From assembly GCA_951406725.2 (NCBI GenBank), contig OX597814.1, positions 201,128,001 to 201,192,000 on the forward strand: a stretch of DNA of 64,000 bases, given 5' to 3'. This document shows positions 1-12,049 of the stretch, in pieces (position 1 is the stretch's first letter; each line of letters begins with the position of its first letter). Made by a program: the position numbers and the translations under genes. Origin of the DNA: Octopus vulgaris (lineage: Eukaryota). A model generated the notes under the pieces. That model was not told where the DNA came from, made no database searches, and saw only the letters and a program-made list of their open reading frames with translations.

Positions 1-2222
1 GGTTCGACGAAAACGACCAGGAAATCCAAAAGCTCCTGGAAGAGAAACGCCGTCTGCTGCGGGCCCACCAACATGACACCACCTGCACGGCAAAGAAGGC
101 TGCTTTCAACAACATTCGCAGCACAGTCCAGGCAAAACTCCGCCTCATGCAAGACGCATGGTTAAGCGCCAAGGCGGATGAGATTCAGGGATACGCAGAC
201 AAACACGACACCAAGAAATTCTACGAGGCGCTGAAAGCTGTCTATCGACCACAGTCCTCCTTTGGATCAACCCCCTGCTCAGCTTGATGGAACCTCACTC
301 CTGACTAACAAGAGGCTGATCCTGGAGAGATGGGCGGAACATTTCAACATCGTGCTCAACCGACCAGCCCAGATCAACGAGGAAGCCATCGCACGACTCC
401 CCCAGGTGCCGACAAACCACGAGCTGGCTGTTCCCCCTGCAGTCGAGGAAGTGAGCAGAGCCATCAAAAAAATGTCTACCGGCAAAGCTCCAGGCTCTGA
501 CGCCATACCTGCAGAGGTGTTCAAGTCGGGCGGCCCGACCATGATCAGTCAGCTCACCAGCCTGTTCCAGTCGATGTGGGACAGGGAACAACTCCCTCAA
601 GATTTCCGGGACGCAACAATCGTCCACATTTATAAACGGAAAGGAGATCGGCAGTCCTGCGACAACCACTGAGGAATCTCCCTCTTGTCCATAGCAGGCA
701 AGATCCTGGCCCGAGTCCTACTTGATCGCCTTCTGGAACACTTGGAGCAAGGCCTTCTCCCTGAGAGCCAGTGTGGCTTCCGCGTGGGTCGAGGGACCAC
801 TGACATGATATTCGCCGCCCGCCAGCTCCAGGAGAAATGCATGGAGCAGCACCTTGACCTCTGCATGACCTTTGTTGACCTCACCAGGGCTTTCGATACA
901 GTCAGTCGGGAGGGACTCTGGAAGGTCATGGGAAAATTTGGTTGCCCCAGCAAATTTATTGCAATTGTCCGCCAGTTCCACGACGGAATGACAGCCAGAG
1001 TCCTTGAAGACGGCAACTCATCTGAAGTCTTCCAGGTGACCAACGGAGTCAGGCAGGGCTGTGTCCTGGCCCCAACACTGTTCAGCATCATGTTCTCGGC
1101 GACGCCTTCAGGGACTGCAAGTCCGGTATCGACATCAAGTACAGGACGGACGGGAAATTGCAGAAGATTGCAGGCCGTCACAAATGTGAGGGAGACAGTC
1201 GTCAGAGACTTTCTCTTTGCTGACGACTGCGCCCTTAACGCAGTCGATGAGCAGGAGATGCAGCTCGGGATGGACAGGTTCTCATCAGCCTGTGACAACT
1301 TCGGTCTCACCATCAGTGCCAAGAAAACCGAAGTGATGTTTCAGCCAGCCCCCGGCAAACAATACCATGAACTTCAGATAAAGGTGAACGGACGGATCCT
1401 ACGAGCGGTGGAAAACTTAACCTACCTGGGCAGCACTCTCTCCTGCAATGCCAACATAGATGCTGAAATCATCAACAGAATCTCCAAGGCAAGCAGCGCG
1501 TTTGGGAGACTGCGAAAGAAAGTCTGGGAGCGGAGAGGAATCAGCCTCAAAACCAAGCTGAAAGTCTACCGGGCAGTCGTGCTTACCACCCTACTATACG
1601 GCTGCGAGACGTGGACTGCTTACCGAAGGCACGAGCGCCAGATTAACCACTTCCACCTCAGGTGTCTTCGGAACCTCCTTCACATCCGCTGGCAGGACAA
1701 AGTCCCAAACACGGAAGTTCTGAAGCAGGCAGATCTCCCTAGCACCATCACGATCATGCGCAAGGCCCAGCTGAGATGGGCAGGCCACGTCTCCCGCATG
1801 TCCGACACTCGCATCCCAAAACAGCTCTTCTACGGTGAACTCAGCCAGGGCAAGCACAAAGTTGGAGGGCAGAAGAAGCGCTTCAAGGACAGTCTCAAAG
1901 TCTCTCTCAAAGACTTCTCCATCGGCACAGAGACTTGAGAGACACTTGCCACCGACCGCTCATCCTGGCGCAGCGCAATCACCACAGGAGCAAAGAAAGC
2001 CGAGGAGAGACGGATTCAGTCAGCAGAACAGAAACGCCAGATGCGGAAAGCCAGAGCCACCTGCACCAATAGCACAGCCCCTATCCACTTCTGCCCCACC
2101 TGTGGGAGGGGCTTTCTTGCCCGGATTGGCCTCAGCAGCCACCTCCGGTTTCATAGCAGCAATTCCACCAAATGATGTCAATGGTAATCTTCGAACCCGA
2201 AGGACGAACATTCATTCATTCA
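1..2222 (+). mobile_element. RTE-clade LINE (5' part outside window): RT, C-terminal zinc finger, 3' hairpin and (ATTC)n tail
   Basis: Motifs WFDENDQEI, KAPGSDAIPAE, QCGFRVGRGTTDMIF, FVDLTRAFD, GVRQGCVLAP, FLFADD, QLRWAGHV, CPTCGRGFLARIGLSSHLRFH; 3' end CTTCGAACCCGAAG hairpin then ACATTCATTCATTC; GC-rich relative to flanks. Confidence 0.95.
3..2175 (+). pseudogene. Disrupted RTE reverse transcriptase ORF
   Basis: Frameshift near 275-285, TGA at 670-672 (from CGA in NH-R-GI), compensating frameshifts ~1100-1165, TGA at 1936-1938, natural stop at 2173-2175. Confidence 0.9.
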
Positions 2223-2984
2223 GCATTATCCTTCGATTGAGAATAAAATTATTTCCTAATCTGTATCTTTACATGTGTGTATATATATATATATATATTA
2301 GTTGAATATATTAGTTGAATACAGTTGAAACATGGTCTGGTTTTTACGTTTTTTTTTATTATGATATTAAAAAAAAATTATTGCAATGTTGAAGTGTGCT
2401 AAACATTAAAGAAATATTTTGTAATGTTCATGAATTTCAATTAGCGCTTTCATACGTTCGTAGTAATCACCAGATTTCAAAATGTATTTAACTGACAGTT
2501 GAGTTCTTGACATCTGTATTAAAATGACAGACTTCTTCCTTTTAATACTTCTTAAAAGGCTCCAACAAGCTGAATTTTTCGAATACGATTCTGACCAATT
2601 CGCATGCGGCTCAAACGTCACGCTTTGCCAGGCGTACTGATACTACTGGCATAGATCCCCACCTTTATTTTAACCAATTAGCTTTCAGTTTACATGCAAT
2701 GGTTTTAGGAATGAGCAAACTTAGTTGGTTTTGATCGTTTTTATTACTTCTGTAATTTGTTTATATTCATATGTTAAAGATATTTTTTAACCCACGTCAT
2801 TAACTGGTTGTTATATTTTTGTTGTTATTTCCATTCAAAACATGTTTGAACATTTTAATAAACCGTTTTTCTTTTATCTTTCTTCCAACCTCACTTATGT
2901 CGTGCAGTTTGTGGAAAAGAAAAATTAGAAACAGTTCCTGACCACATGTTTCTGTATGTTCACTCAGTGGAAGTTGGCGAACAT

Positions 2985-4465
2985 AGAGAAGAAATTTTAG
3001 GTGTGGAAGCAAGGTTTAGAATGGAAGGGCCTTAGAGTCAATGTTGCAAAAGCCAAAGTCCTAGTAAGTAGAAAGGCGAACAAATCACAAACTCCTTCAG
3101 GTAGATGGCCCTGCTTGATCTGTAGAAAAGTTGTAGGTAGAAACTCCATAAGATGTACCCTGTGTAAGCTATGGGTGCATAAGAGGTGCAGCAACATCAA
3201 AGGAAGGTTAACCGGGAGGATAGTTTTTGTGTGGCAGATTCACAGGGCCAATGAACACCAAAGATGTTCAGAAAACAGGTTCCATCACATACCAGGGGGA
3301 GAAACTAGAAGTAGCTGGTAGCTTCTGCTACCTAAGTGACCAAGTCTGTTCTGAGAACATTGCCACTAGAATAAGAATAACCTGGGCAAAGTTTAGAAAG
3401 CTCCTACCTCTGCTGGTGATAAAGGGCTTCTCGCTCAGAGTGAAGGGTAGACTGTATGATGCATTTGTGCAAACTGCCATGGTACACGGCATTGAAACAT
3501 GGGACATGAAGGCTGAGAACATGCGTAGGCTTGAAAGAAATGAAGCCAGTATGATCCGTTGGATGTGTAATGTCAGTGTGGACACATAACAGAGTGTAAG
3601 CAACCTGAGAGAAAAGTTGGACATAAGAAACATCAGATGTGGTGTGTAAGAGAGATGACTGCGCTGGTTTGGTCATGTGCTGCATATGGATGAGGAGAGT
3701 TGTGTGAAAAAGTGTCACTCCCTAACAGTGGAAGGAACCTGTGGAAGACGGAGACCCAAGAAGACATGGGATGAGATGGTGAAGCACAACCTTCGAACAT
3801 TGGGCCTTACAGAGGCAATGACAAAAGACCGTGACCTCTGGAGATATGCTGTGATTGAGAAGACCCAGCAAGTAAAATGAGATCACTGCCGTAGCCTATA
3901 CCAGTGTAGCATAACCAGCACATTTAAAAAGTACCCTTGAACTGTCGGGTGAAACGCCTTACTTGAGGAGACCTATTGAGTCAAGTAAAATCAAAATCAC
4001 AATCAGAATCGAAATCAAAAATGGAAATTGTAGTTGTGACTGATGCCAGTGCCGCCTGACTGGCTCCCGTGCTGGTGGCATGCAATAAGCACCATTCATG
4101 CGTGGGTCGATGCCAGTGCTGGCTGACTAGCTCCCCGTGCTGGTGGCATGTAAAAAGCACCATCTGAACGTGGTCGATGTCAGCCCCCCCACCTCGTCTG
4201 GTTCTTGTGCTGGCGGCACATAAAAAACACCATCCAAACCTGACCAATTCCAGTGCTGCCTGACTAGCTCCCGTGCATGTAAAAAGCATGTAAAAAGCAC
4301 CCACTACACTCTCGGAGTGGTTGGCGTTAGGAAGGGCATCCAGCTGTAGAAACCTTGCCAGATCAGATTGAAACCGGGTGCAGCCATCTGGCTTGCCAGT
4401 CCCCAGTCAAATCATACAACCCACGTCAGCATGGAAAACGGATGTTAAACGATGATGATGATGAT
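2985..4465 (+). mobile_element. 5'-truncated RTE-type LINE with Cys-rich (PHD-like) insert, 3' UTR with internal tandem repeats and (GAT)n tail
   Basis: Frameshifted ORFs WKQGLEWKGLRVN..WPCLICRK..IRCTLCKLWVHKRCS, RVKGRLYDAFVQTAMVHGIETW, RWFGHV, GRRRPKKTWDE; 3' UTR ~45-bp repeats at 4040-4300; GGCGTTAGGAAGGGCATCCAGC tail ending GTTAAACGATGATGATG. Confidence 0.88.
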
Positions 4466-4469
4466 AATG

Positions 4470-4870
4470 TGAAAGCCTGTCCAATTTTTGTTTTAATGGA
4501 TCTACCAGTATGCATGTATTGACACATTCCATATCCTTTATCATTGCACTTGGATACTGTCAATGTTTTATCCTGTTTGTTTGTTCAGGTTGAATTTTAC
4601 TATTTTGTTTATAGTTTCTTTAGATGATGTGGTTGCCTTTTCCTTGAGATAAATATTTGATTAGTTATTATGTTTTTTAAGTTTTCACTTTGTTTCATAA
4701 CAGACAAATTTGTTTTGATGATGTTAAAAATGCTTTGGTGATGCGGATTGTATGTTACTAGAAATGGTAGTGTATTCCGTTGATGGGTTTGTCTTTCTCG
4801 TGTTTCCAAAAGTTGTTCTCTAGGAATCTCTTTTGCTCGTTGAATGCTACTTTCTTCAAATTCAGAAAAG
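4470..4870 (-). mobile_element. Penelope-like element fragment (linker between RT and GIY-YIG)
   Basis: Minus translation [34 protein letters not shown] followed by SKCNDKGYGMCQYMHTG. Confidence 0.65.
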
Positions 4871-4873
4871 AAA

Positions 4874-4975
4874 TGTATGTATGTATGTATGTATGTATGT
4901 ATGTATGTATGTATGTATGTATGTATGCATGTATGCATGTATGCATGTATGTATACATACATACATATATATATG

Positions 4976-5022
<47 letters not shown>
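4874..5022. repeat. (TATG)n/(TA)n microsatellite
   Basis: Direct reading. Confidence 0.95.
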
Positions 5023-5026
<4 letters not shown>

Positions 5027-6293
5027 CAGGGGTTGGACAAAATAAAGGAAACGCTTTAAAATTTCAAACAAATTTATTTTAATATGGGGTAGGACCACCT
5101 TTCACAGTAATTACAGCTTGAATTCTATGAGGTATGGACTCGTACAGAGTTTTAATTCTTTCCAAACGAATTTTTGTCCGTTCTTCAGCTAAAACAGTCT
5201 CCAGTTCTTGTAGTGATAATAGTAGAGGATATTGATACCTTACTTGTTTTTCTGAAATGCATCATAAATGTTCAATAATAACAAGATCTGGGGACTGTAG
5301 TGGCCAGATAAGACGTTCAACTTCACTATAATGTTCCTCGTGCCATTCAGTAACAACTTTAGCTGTGTGAATTGGTGCATTATCATCCTGAAAGATTGTA
5401 TTTCCCTCCGGAAACCATAGGATGAATTTGATGAGATAAAATACTTAAATAATCTTGACTATTAATTATGCCATGAAGGGAAACCAATTGGGCCGGCGGA
5501 TTTCCAAGATATAGCCCCCCAGATCATCACAGATCCTCCTCCATGGTTAACAGTTGGAAGAATGCAGTCTGGGTCAGATGCATCTTTTTGCTATCTCCAC
5601 ACGTATACTCGGCTGGTGGTCGGAAATAAAGTTAAGGATGACTCGTCCGAGAAAATAACGTTCTTCCACTGCTCTAGGGACCAATTCTGTAGGTTTTTAC
5701 TCCACTCTAAATGCTTTACAACGTTTGTTTTTGAAATTAGTGGTTTTCTGATTGCAGCCCACCCATGAAATCCGGCTTTGTGCAGATCCTGGCGAACAGT
5801 TTTTGTGGAAACTGGGTTCTCAAGGTGGTCATTAATCTCTGCAGTAATTTTGGAAGCTGTACTTATGTGATCCTTTCTAACAGTTTGCATAAGAGTCCGA
5901 TGGTCCCTATCTGAAAGTTTTGGTTTCCTTCCAGAGTTTTCTTTCAATGAGGAGGTTTTCCCCTCTTTCTCAAAGGCTGTCATTACTTTCGAGACAGTAC
6001 TTCTTGTCGCATCAAACATTTTGGATGTTTTTGTTACACTAGCACCTGCCATCCGAGCACCAACAATTTGACCTCATTGAAAGTCCAATAGATCTGTCAT
6101 TTTAATGAATTTTAATTAGCTGTTTCTGATGATATCTAAAAAGAAATGACAATTTTAGCAAAACGTACTAAGCAACACTAATAATGAAAAAAAACAACAA
6201 CATATAAATAAACAAGCTTTTGATGGTTTTAAAGATATTTCAAAATTATGATGCTATGATGCTAGGTGCTTCCATTATGTTGTCCAGCCACTG
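5027..6293 (-). mobile_element. Tc1-like DNA transposon, full length and decayed
   Basis: Imperfect TIRs CAGGGGTTGGACAAAATAAAGGAAAC / CAGTGGCTGGACAACATAATGGAAGC, inserted in TA tract; transposase remnants 5079-6100: MTDLLDFQ*GQIVGARMAG, SGRKPKLSDRD, VIFSDES, FQDDNAPIHT, SPDL, GGPTPY*. Confidence 0.93.
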
Positions 6294-6415
6294 TATATAT
6301 ATATAAACATTAAAAAAAATTTTTTTGTAAATATAATAATGAAAAGTGTGAAAATCGGACCATGTAACTTTATTCAACTGATATATTTTTCTATACACAC
6401 ACAAATTCGGGAGAG

Positions 6416-6419
<4 letters not shown>

Positions 6420-6447
<28 letters not shown>

Positions 6448-6505
6448 TGTATGTATGTATGTATGTATGTATGTATGTATGTATGTATGTATGTATGTAT
6501 GTATG
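6420..6505. repeat. (TATG)n microsatellite
   Basis: Direct reading. Confidence 0.95.
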
Positions 6506-6978
6506 TTAGAGGGAAAAGGACAACAAAAACCAAGGCAGGATGAGTATCTCAAGTCATTTAGAATATTTAATTAGAGTAAGGTGAAATTGAGGCAAAATTT
6601 TTATATCCAAATGATATTTCATTCACCAGACTTTACCTGTTTTTCAAGTAAGAGAATATTTCATTCTAAATGTATCTGGATGCACAGAACTACACAGAAC
6701 TAACAGAAACTTTGTTGAAAGGAAATGCCAGTAAATGTCACCAAATGCTACCCAACCAAAAATTATGATGTTTCCATTTATAACTGAGCCGTGTTGCCAT
6801 AGCTCAGTGTAGTTTTGTAGGCGTTTCCCCAAACAAATAGGTGCATGTACACCACAAACAACATACACACGCACATGTCTGATAATCTTTTATTTTCCTT
6901 TCATAAAGCGTTGATTGGCAGAGACAGACCTGGGAATAGTTCAAATCAACTAAAGAATCGTAAAGCTGGCTTGTGATA

Positions 6979-7232
6979 TATCATCATCCTCATCATCATC
7001 GTTGTGCTTAACGTCCGCTTTCCATGCTGGCATCAGTTGCACGGTTTGACTGAGGACTGGCAAGCCAGAAAGGTGTACCAGACTCCAATCTGATCTAGCA
7101 AGGTTTCTACAGCCGGATGCTCTTCCTAACGCCAACCACTCCGAGAGTGTTGGGGATGCTTTTATGTACCATCAGCATGGGAGCCAATCAGGTGGTGCTG
7201 GCATTGGCCATGCTTGAATTGTGCTTTTTACA
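6979..7232 (-). mobile_element. RTE 3' tail copy (same family as 3881-4465)
   Basis: Reverse complement of the GTTAGGAAG..CATCC..CCAGCATGGAAAGCGGACGTTAA + (GAT)n tail. Confidence 0.85.
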
Positions 7233-7469
7233 TTCACTCAGCTGTAGAAATGAGTTGCGACATCACTGGTGTCAAGCTGTATCGGCCTTTGCCTTTCCCT
7301 TGGATAACATCTGTGGCGTGGAGATGGGACGCCGGTATGCATGGGCGACTGCTGGTTTTCCATAAACAACACTGCCCGGACTTGTACCTGGGAGAGTAAC
7401 TTTCTAAGTGCAATCCCACACTCAGTCATGACCGAAGGTGGTCTCAATATATTTATATTCTCTGTAAGT

Positions 7470-7675
7470 GTACGTCTTTGTGTCTGTTTTTGTCCTCCCC
7501 TCCACTGTTTGACAATCGATGTTGGTCTGTTTACATCCTCATAAGTTAGCGGTTCAGCAAAAGAGAACAACAGAATAACCACCAGGTTGAAAATGAATTG
7601 AAGTGCTGGGAACTAAAACTCTTCAAGGCAGTACTCCAGCATGGCCGCAGTCTAATGACTGAAAGAAGTAAAATA
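7470..7675 (+). mobile_element. SINE family A, 3' half
   Basis: TTGACAATCGATGTTGG..GCGGTTCAGCAAAAGAG..CTCCAGCATGGCCGCAGTCTAATGACTGAAA matches full copies at 17848 and 47035. Confidence 0.8.
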
Positions 7676-7719
7676 TACCACTAACTGAGATTGCAGCATT
7701 CTCCCTCAAAAGTGGTGCC

Positions 7720-7900
7720 ATGTCTGGCATCTGGTTAAATCCCCAGCTATTGTTGGGTTTTATTTACAGCTGAATGGTTTGAAGCAAGAGAAAATGAAGT
7801 GTCTTGTCCAAGAATATAACATACTACTTTGACCGGGAATGAAACCACGATCTTATGAGCAGTAGTGCAACACCCTAACTACTGGACCACATATTTTCAC
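7720..7900 (-). mobile_element. Degenerate tRNA-derived SINE (family C-like head)
   Basis: Minus strand GTGGTCCAGTAGTTAGGGTGTTGCACT..GTGGTTTCATTCCCGG (A/B boxes), similar to 43180-43316. Confidence 0.6.
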
Positions 7901-8951
7901 ATCTAGTTATATGAATGTTTTCTAATTTAAACACGGGGCTGGCAATTTTTAGGGATGTGCATTTTTGTTAATACGATCAACTCCAGTTCTTACAATGAGT
8001 CGTATCTTTATTTTATTGGCTCTGAAAGGAAGATAGACAAAGCTAAACTGGGTGGGATCTGAACTCACAATACAACGAAAATTTTAATTTTTAGTTGTAC
8101 TGAGAATGTAATGTAATAATAGTTTAAAATTTCAAAACAAAGTATGAAAACTAATTAATTTGTGAAAATTTGAAAAATTTACATTTGAAAATTTACAAAC
8201 TTGTAAAATTTTATAAATTTGTTCATATAGACACCAATTTCGTCAGATTCCAAATTTTCCCAACACACACACCACACAAATGTACACATGTGTATATACA
8301 CAGGTGCAAATATGTGTGTGTATCTGTGCGTACATATTTGTGTGAGCGTATATGTATGTATACAAGTGTGTGTGTGTGGATGCAAGAAATGTATTTCTAA
8401 AACATTTTCTCTAAATGTCAAGTGTTATATGTTTGTTTAAATTCTGTTTTACTCATCATATTTGTAGAAATATTTCTCCTGATTTGCTAATAATAAATTT
8501 TGAATTTTCTTCTTCAGAAAAGATGGAAATTTGTTTGAAGAAAGAGTAAATTAAAACGAAATAAGGAAGGAATATTAAACGAAAAGAAACAAGCTGGAGT
8601 TCTAAGGTAGCAGCTATAGCTGTGTGGTTTACATATACACATCTCAACTACACACTTCTGTGTTTGGTTGATTCTTGCGCATGGTTTGGTAAGATTTCCC
8701 GTTTTTCCATTTTCCTCTGCTCCAGCTTACTGCGCCTGTCTGACAGTTGCAAGACCCATTTTGTTTTTATTTGTTATTGTTGGAATTGTACAATTATTTC
8801 CCTTCTGTTGTTTAGCCGAAAGGCGTTTGTCCATTGTATATGCATAATTATTTTCTGTTGCACTTGCATTATTATTTCATTATTATTTCATAACGTTATG
8901 TTCGTAAAAAAGTCGAAAGACCTTTCCTGTTATTTACCTATTTGTATTCGT

Positions 8952-9145
<194 letters not shown>

Positions 9146-9146
<1 letters not shown>

Positions 9147-9555
9147 GTTTAACATCCGCTTTCCATGGGTTGGACAATTTTGACCGAGGGCTGGCGAACC
9201 AGATGGCTGCACCAGGCTCCAATCTTGATCTGGCAGAGATTCTACAGCTGGATGGTCTTCCTATCGCCAACCACTCTGAGAGTGTAGTGGGTGCTGTTTA
9301 CGTGCCACCGGCACTGGGGCCAGTCAGGCGGTACTGGCAACGACCTTGCTCGAATCTTTTTACACATGCCATCAGCACAGGTGCCAGTAAGGCGACGTTG
9401 GTAACGATCACGCTCGAATGGTGCCCTTTTTTCGTGCCACGGATATGGAAGCCAGTTGGCTGCTCTGGCAACGATCACGCTTGAATGATGCTCTTAGCAC
9501 CCTACTAGCATGGGCGCAAGTGCTAGTAAGGCGACGCTGGTAGTAGGGCGACGCT
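9146..9555 (-). mobile_element. RTE 3' UTR/tail copy with internal ~45-bp repeats
   Basis: Homologous to 4040-4465 and 41537-41970. Confidence 0.88.
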
Positions 9556-9732
9556 AAAAATTTCTTTTCCCTCCACTTTATTGTATAGCTGAAAGGTGTT
9601 CTGCCGTACATGTATAATTCTAGCTTTCTTGTTTTTCTTTCTATTCCTGTTTTCGTTCTTGTATACATTCATCTGCCTCTTTCCCAGAGGCTTAATGCTG
9701 TTAGGTTAAGTCCCTGCACCCGCCGAACTTGA

Positions 9733-9792
9733 GTAGTATCAGAGATAAAGGAGCGAAACTACCAGCAGTTTCTGGACTCTGACTGATGAGCT
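9733..9792 (+). ncRNA. Candidate permuted (pseudoknotted) hammerhead ribozyme, copy 1
   Basis: GTAG-TA-TCAGAG / AGC-GAAA-CTAC / CTCTGA-CTGATGA-GCT: all three stems are Watson-Crick and abut an intact core. Confidence 0.6.
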
Positions 9793-10408
9793 AATCAGCT
9801 GCAAATGATCCATGTATCTTGTTTTTGTACTGTTTGCCATTTGTTGTGCTGTCGTCCATTTTCCCGCATGTCGTGTTTTGTTGGTTTCCGTTTGTGCTTA
9901 CCTTACGGTAGGTGTGCATCTAAATTTTATACGGCTCTTACTCTATCTTTTATTCCCCCTCTCATTTTTCTTCCTTTTTCTCGCTCCCCCTCTCTCACAT
10001 TTCTTAGCCTTTCTTTCTTTAACTCCCACTATTTCCCACTTGTTTATCTCCTCTGCATCTTTCTCTTTGTCTCTGATTTTTGTCTAATCCTTCAATCACG
10101 CTACCCCCTACCCATCTCTCCTTCTTTCTTGGCCTGACTACCAACCGCCAACACCTCTCATGTCCATCTCCTAAGTTCCTGCCTTTAGGCTTTCACTTTA
10201 TACACGCCAGCTCATTTTGATGTGTTCTCAGTAGAAAGATGCATGTTGTTATTTCTTGTTGTTTGTATTCGTAATTGTGTACCATGTTCTCCGTTTCTTT
10301 TTTGTTTGTTTGTTTTGTTTGTCTTTGTAGCCATACACATTCGCTAGCTTTCTTACAAAAGGGCTCTAATGGTCTTAACTTAGACTGTTTTGGGAGCAAC
10401 CAGATCGA

Positions 10409-10472
10409 ACCATCTCAAGTGTATCTGCCGAAATGGTCGTGACTCCTGGGACTTGACTGAGGAAAGAAAGCC
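10409..10472 (+). ncRNA. Candidate permuted hammerhead ribozyme, copy 2
   Basis: ACCA-TC-TCAAGT / GCC-GAAA-TGGT / ACTTGA-CTGAGGA-aagaa-AGC; stems I and III perfect, stem II degenerate. Confidence 0.5.
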
Positions 10473-10614
10473 TGTCCTTCTAATTGTTGATCTTCTTGTC
10501 CGCCTTTGTATCGTCTATCTGTCCGAATATTTTAATGCCCTCTATTGCGTATTTTTCCATGCTTTCTGATGGAATCCTTTTCTGTAGAGAAAGGGACTTC
10601 ATTCTATATTGTTA

Positions 10615-10650
<36 letters not shown>

Positions 10651-10974
10651 TCCTCATCACCATTAAACATCTGTTGTCCATGCTGGCATGGGTTGGAATA
10701 CATACATACATACATGGATGCATGCATCGCATACTTATATGCATATATACATATATACATGCATACATACAAATATACAAAGGGGTTTGTTCAGTTTCTC
10801 TCTATCAAGTTCATTGTAAAGTTCAAATGACACCGAGTGAAATCTTTATTGCTATTCTTTAAATTCTGAGTTCAAATACAACTTGGGTCAACTTTAAAGA
10901 TCATCATTTTGGGGTTGGTAATAATGATGAAAATCATTTTATATTTTTTAGCTCATTCATTTTCCTTTTTTTTC

Positions 10975-11177
10975 ATCTCACCATCATTGTCATCATATCC
11001 TTCTCCTCCCTTCCTGTTCCTCTTCCTCCTCCCCTCCTGTTCCTCCTCTCCATCATCATTGTTCTAATTGTCATCATCATCATCATCATCATCCTTGTCA
11101 TCATCACTATCATCGTCATCATCACCTTCATCATCACCTTCATCATCGTCACCACCATCACAACCATCATCATCATT

Positions 11178-11208
<31 letters not shown>

Positions 11209-11306
11209 CCATCATCACCACCACCACCATCATCACCATCATCATCACCATCACCACCATCATCATCACCACCATCATCATCATTGCCATCAACATCATC
11301 GTCATC

Positions 11307-11367
<61 letters not shown>

Positions 11368-11485
11368 CCATCACCATCGTCATCATCAACACCATCATCA
11401 TCCCGATTATCGTCATTGCTGTCATTATTGTTATCGCTGTAGTTGTAGTCGTTATTGTCATCAACATCGTTATCTATTATCATTG
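10975..11485. repeat. Degenerate (CAT/CAC)n microsatellite
   Basis: Direct reading; source of the poly-D/M/S ORFs. Confidence 0.95.
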
Positions 11486-12049
11486 TTTGCTGTTATTGCC
11501 ATTATGACCATGACACTCCCCCCCCCCTTCCTCACCATTTTTACATCTGTTTGTTGATGTTGCTGAATGGAAATTTCAATGTCAAAAGATAAAAAAAAAT
11601 TGTTCAAGAGACAGAGAAAAGAAATAGTATTTTGAACCTGACTCTTGAAAAACCGTATAAAACAGATCGAAAACTATGAATATGAATTTGTGGTAGCTGT
11701 TATGTAACTTAAGAAGGAAGAGAATTTGAGCTGTCAGCTGAAATTTCAGTTTAAAACGCTGTTTTATTCGCTATTATCAACTAACAACTGAAATATCTTT
11801 AGAATCACAGGCTGAAATTGATCCCTGGGGGTCTCCAATTAACAATTTCATTATATTTTCCTCATCTGAATATAAATTCCTTCACCTTTCCCAGTCACCT
11901 CTATCTTCATTAATATCCTGCCTCTCTCCCCAACTGGTTCCTTCGATATCCCATACCCACCCCTCTAACACATATGCAACATCGGTCATCCCCCTCCCTT
12001 GTCCACCATTCACTACACCCACCTCCTTCAACCCAACCTAATCCTTACA

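Noticed and set aside
4040-4300. Repeat-spacer-like array (CRISPR-like appearance)
   Set aside because: Degenerate tandem units of a LINE 3' UTR in eukaryotic DNA, with no unique spacers or cas genes.
6630-6880. Possible minus-strand exon (ATTATCAG acceptor to CAG|GTAAAG donor) with an ACTGAGC/GCTCAGT hairpin
   Set aside because: All three frames contain stops and there is no recognisable homology; cannot be supported without transcripts.
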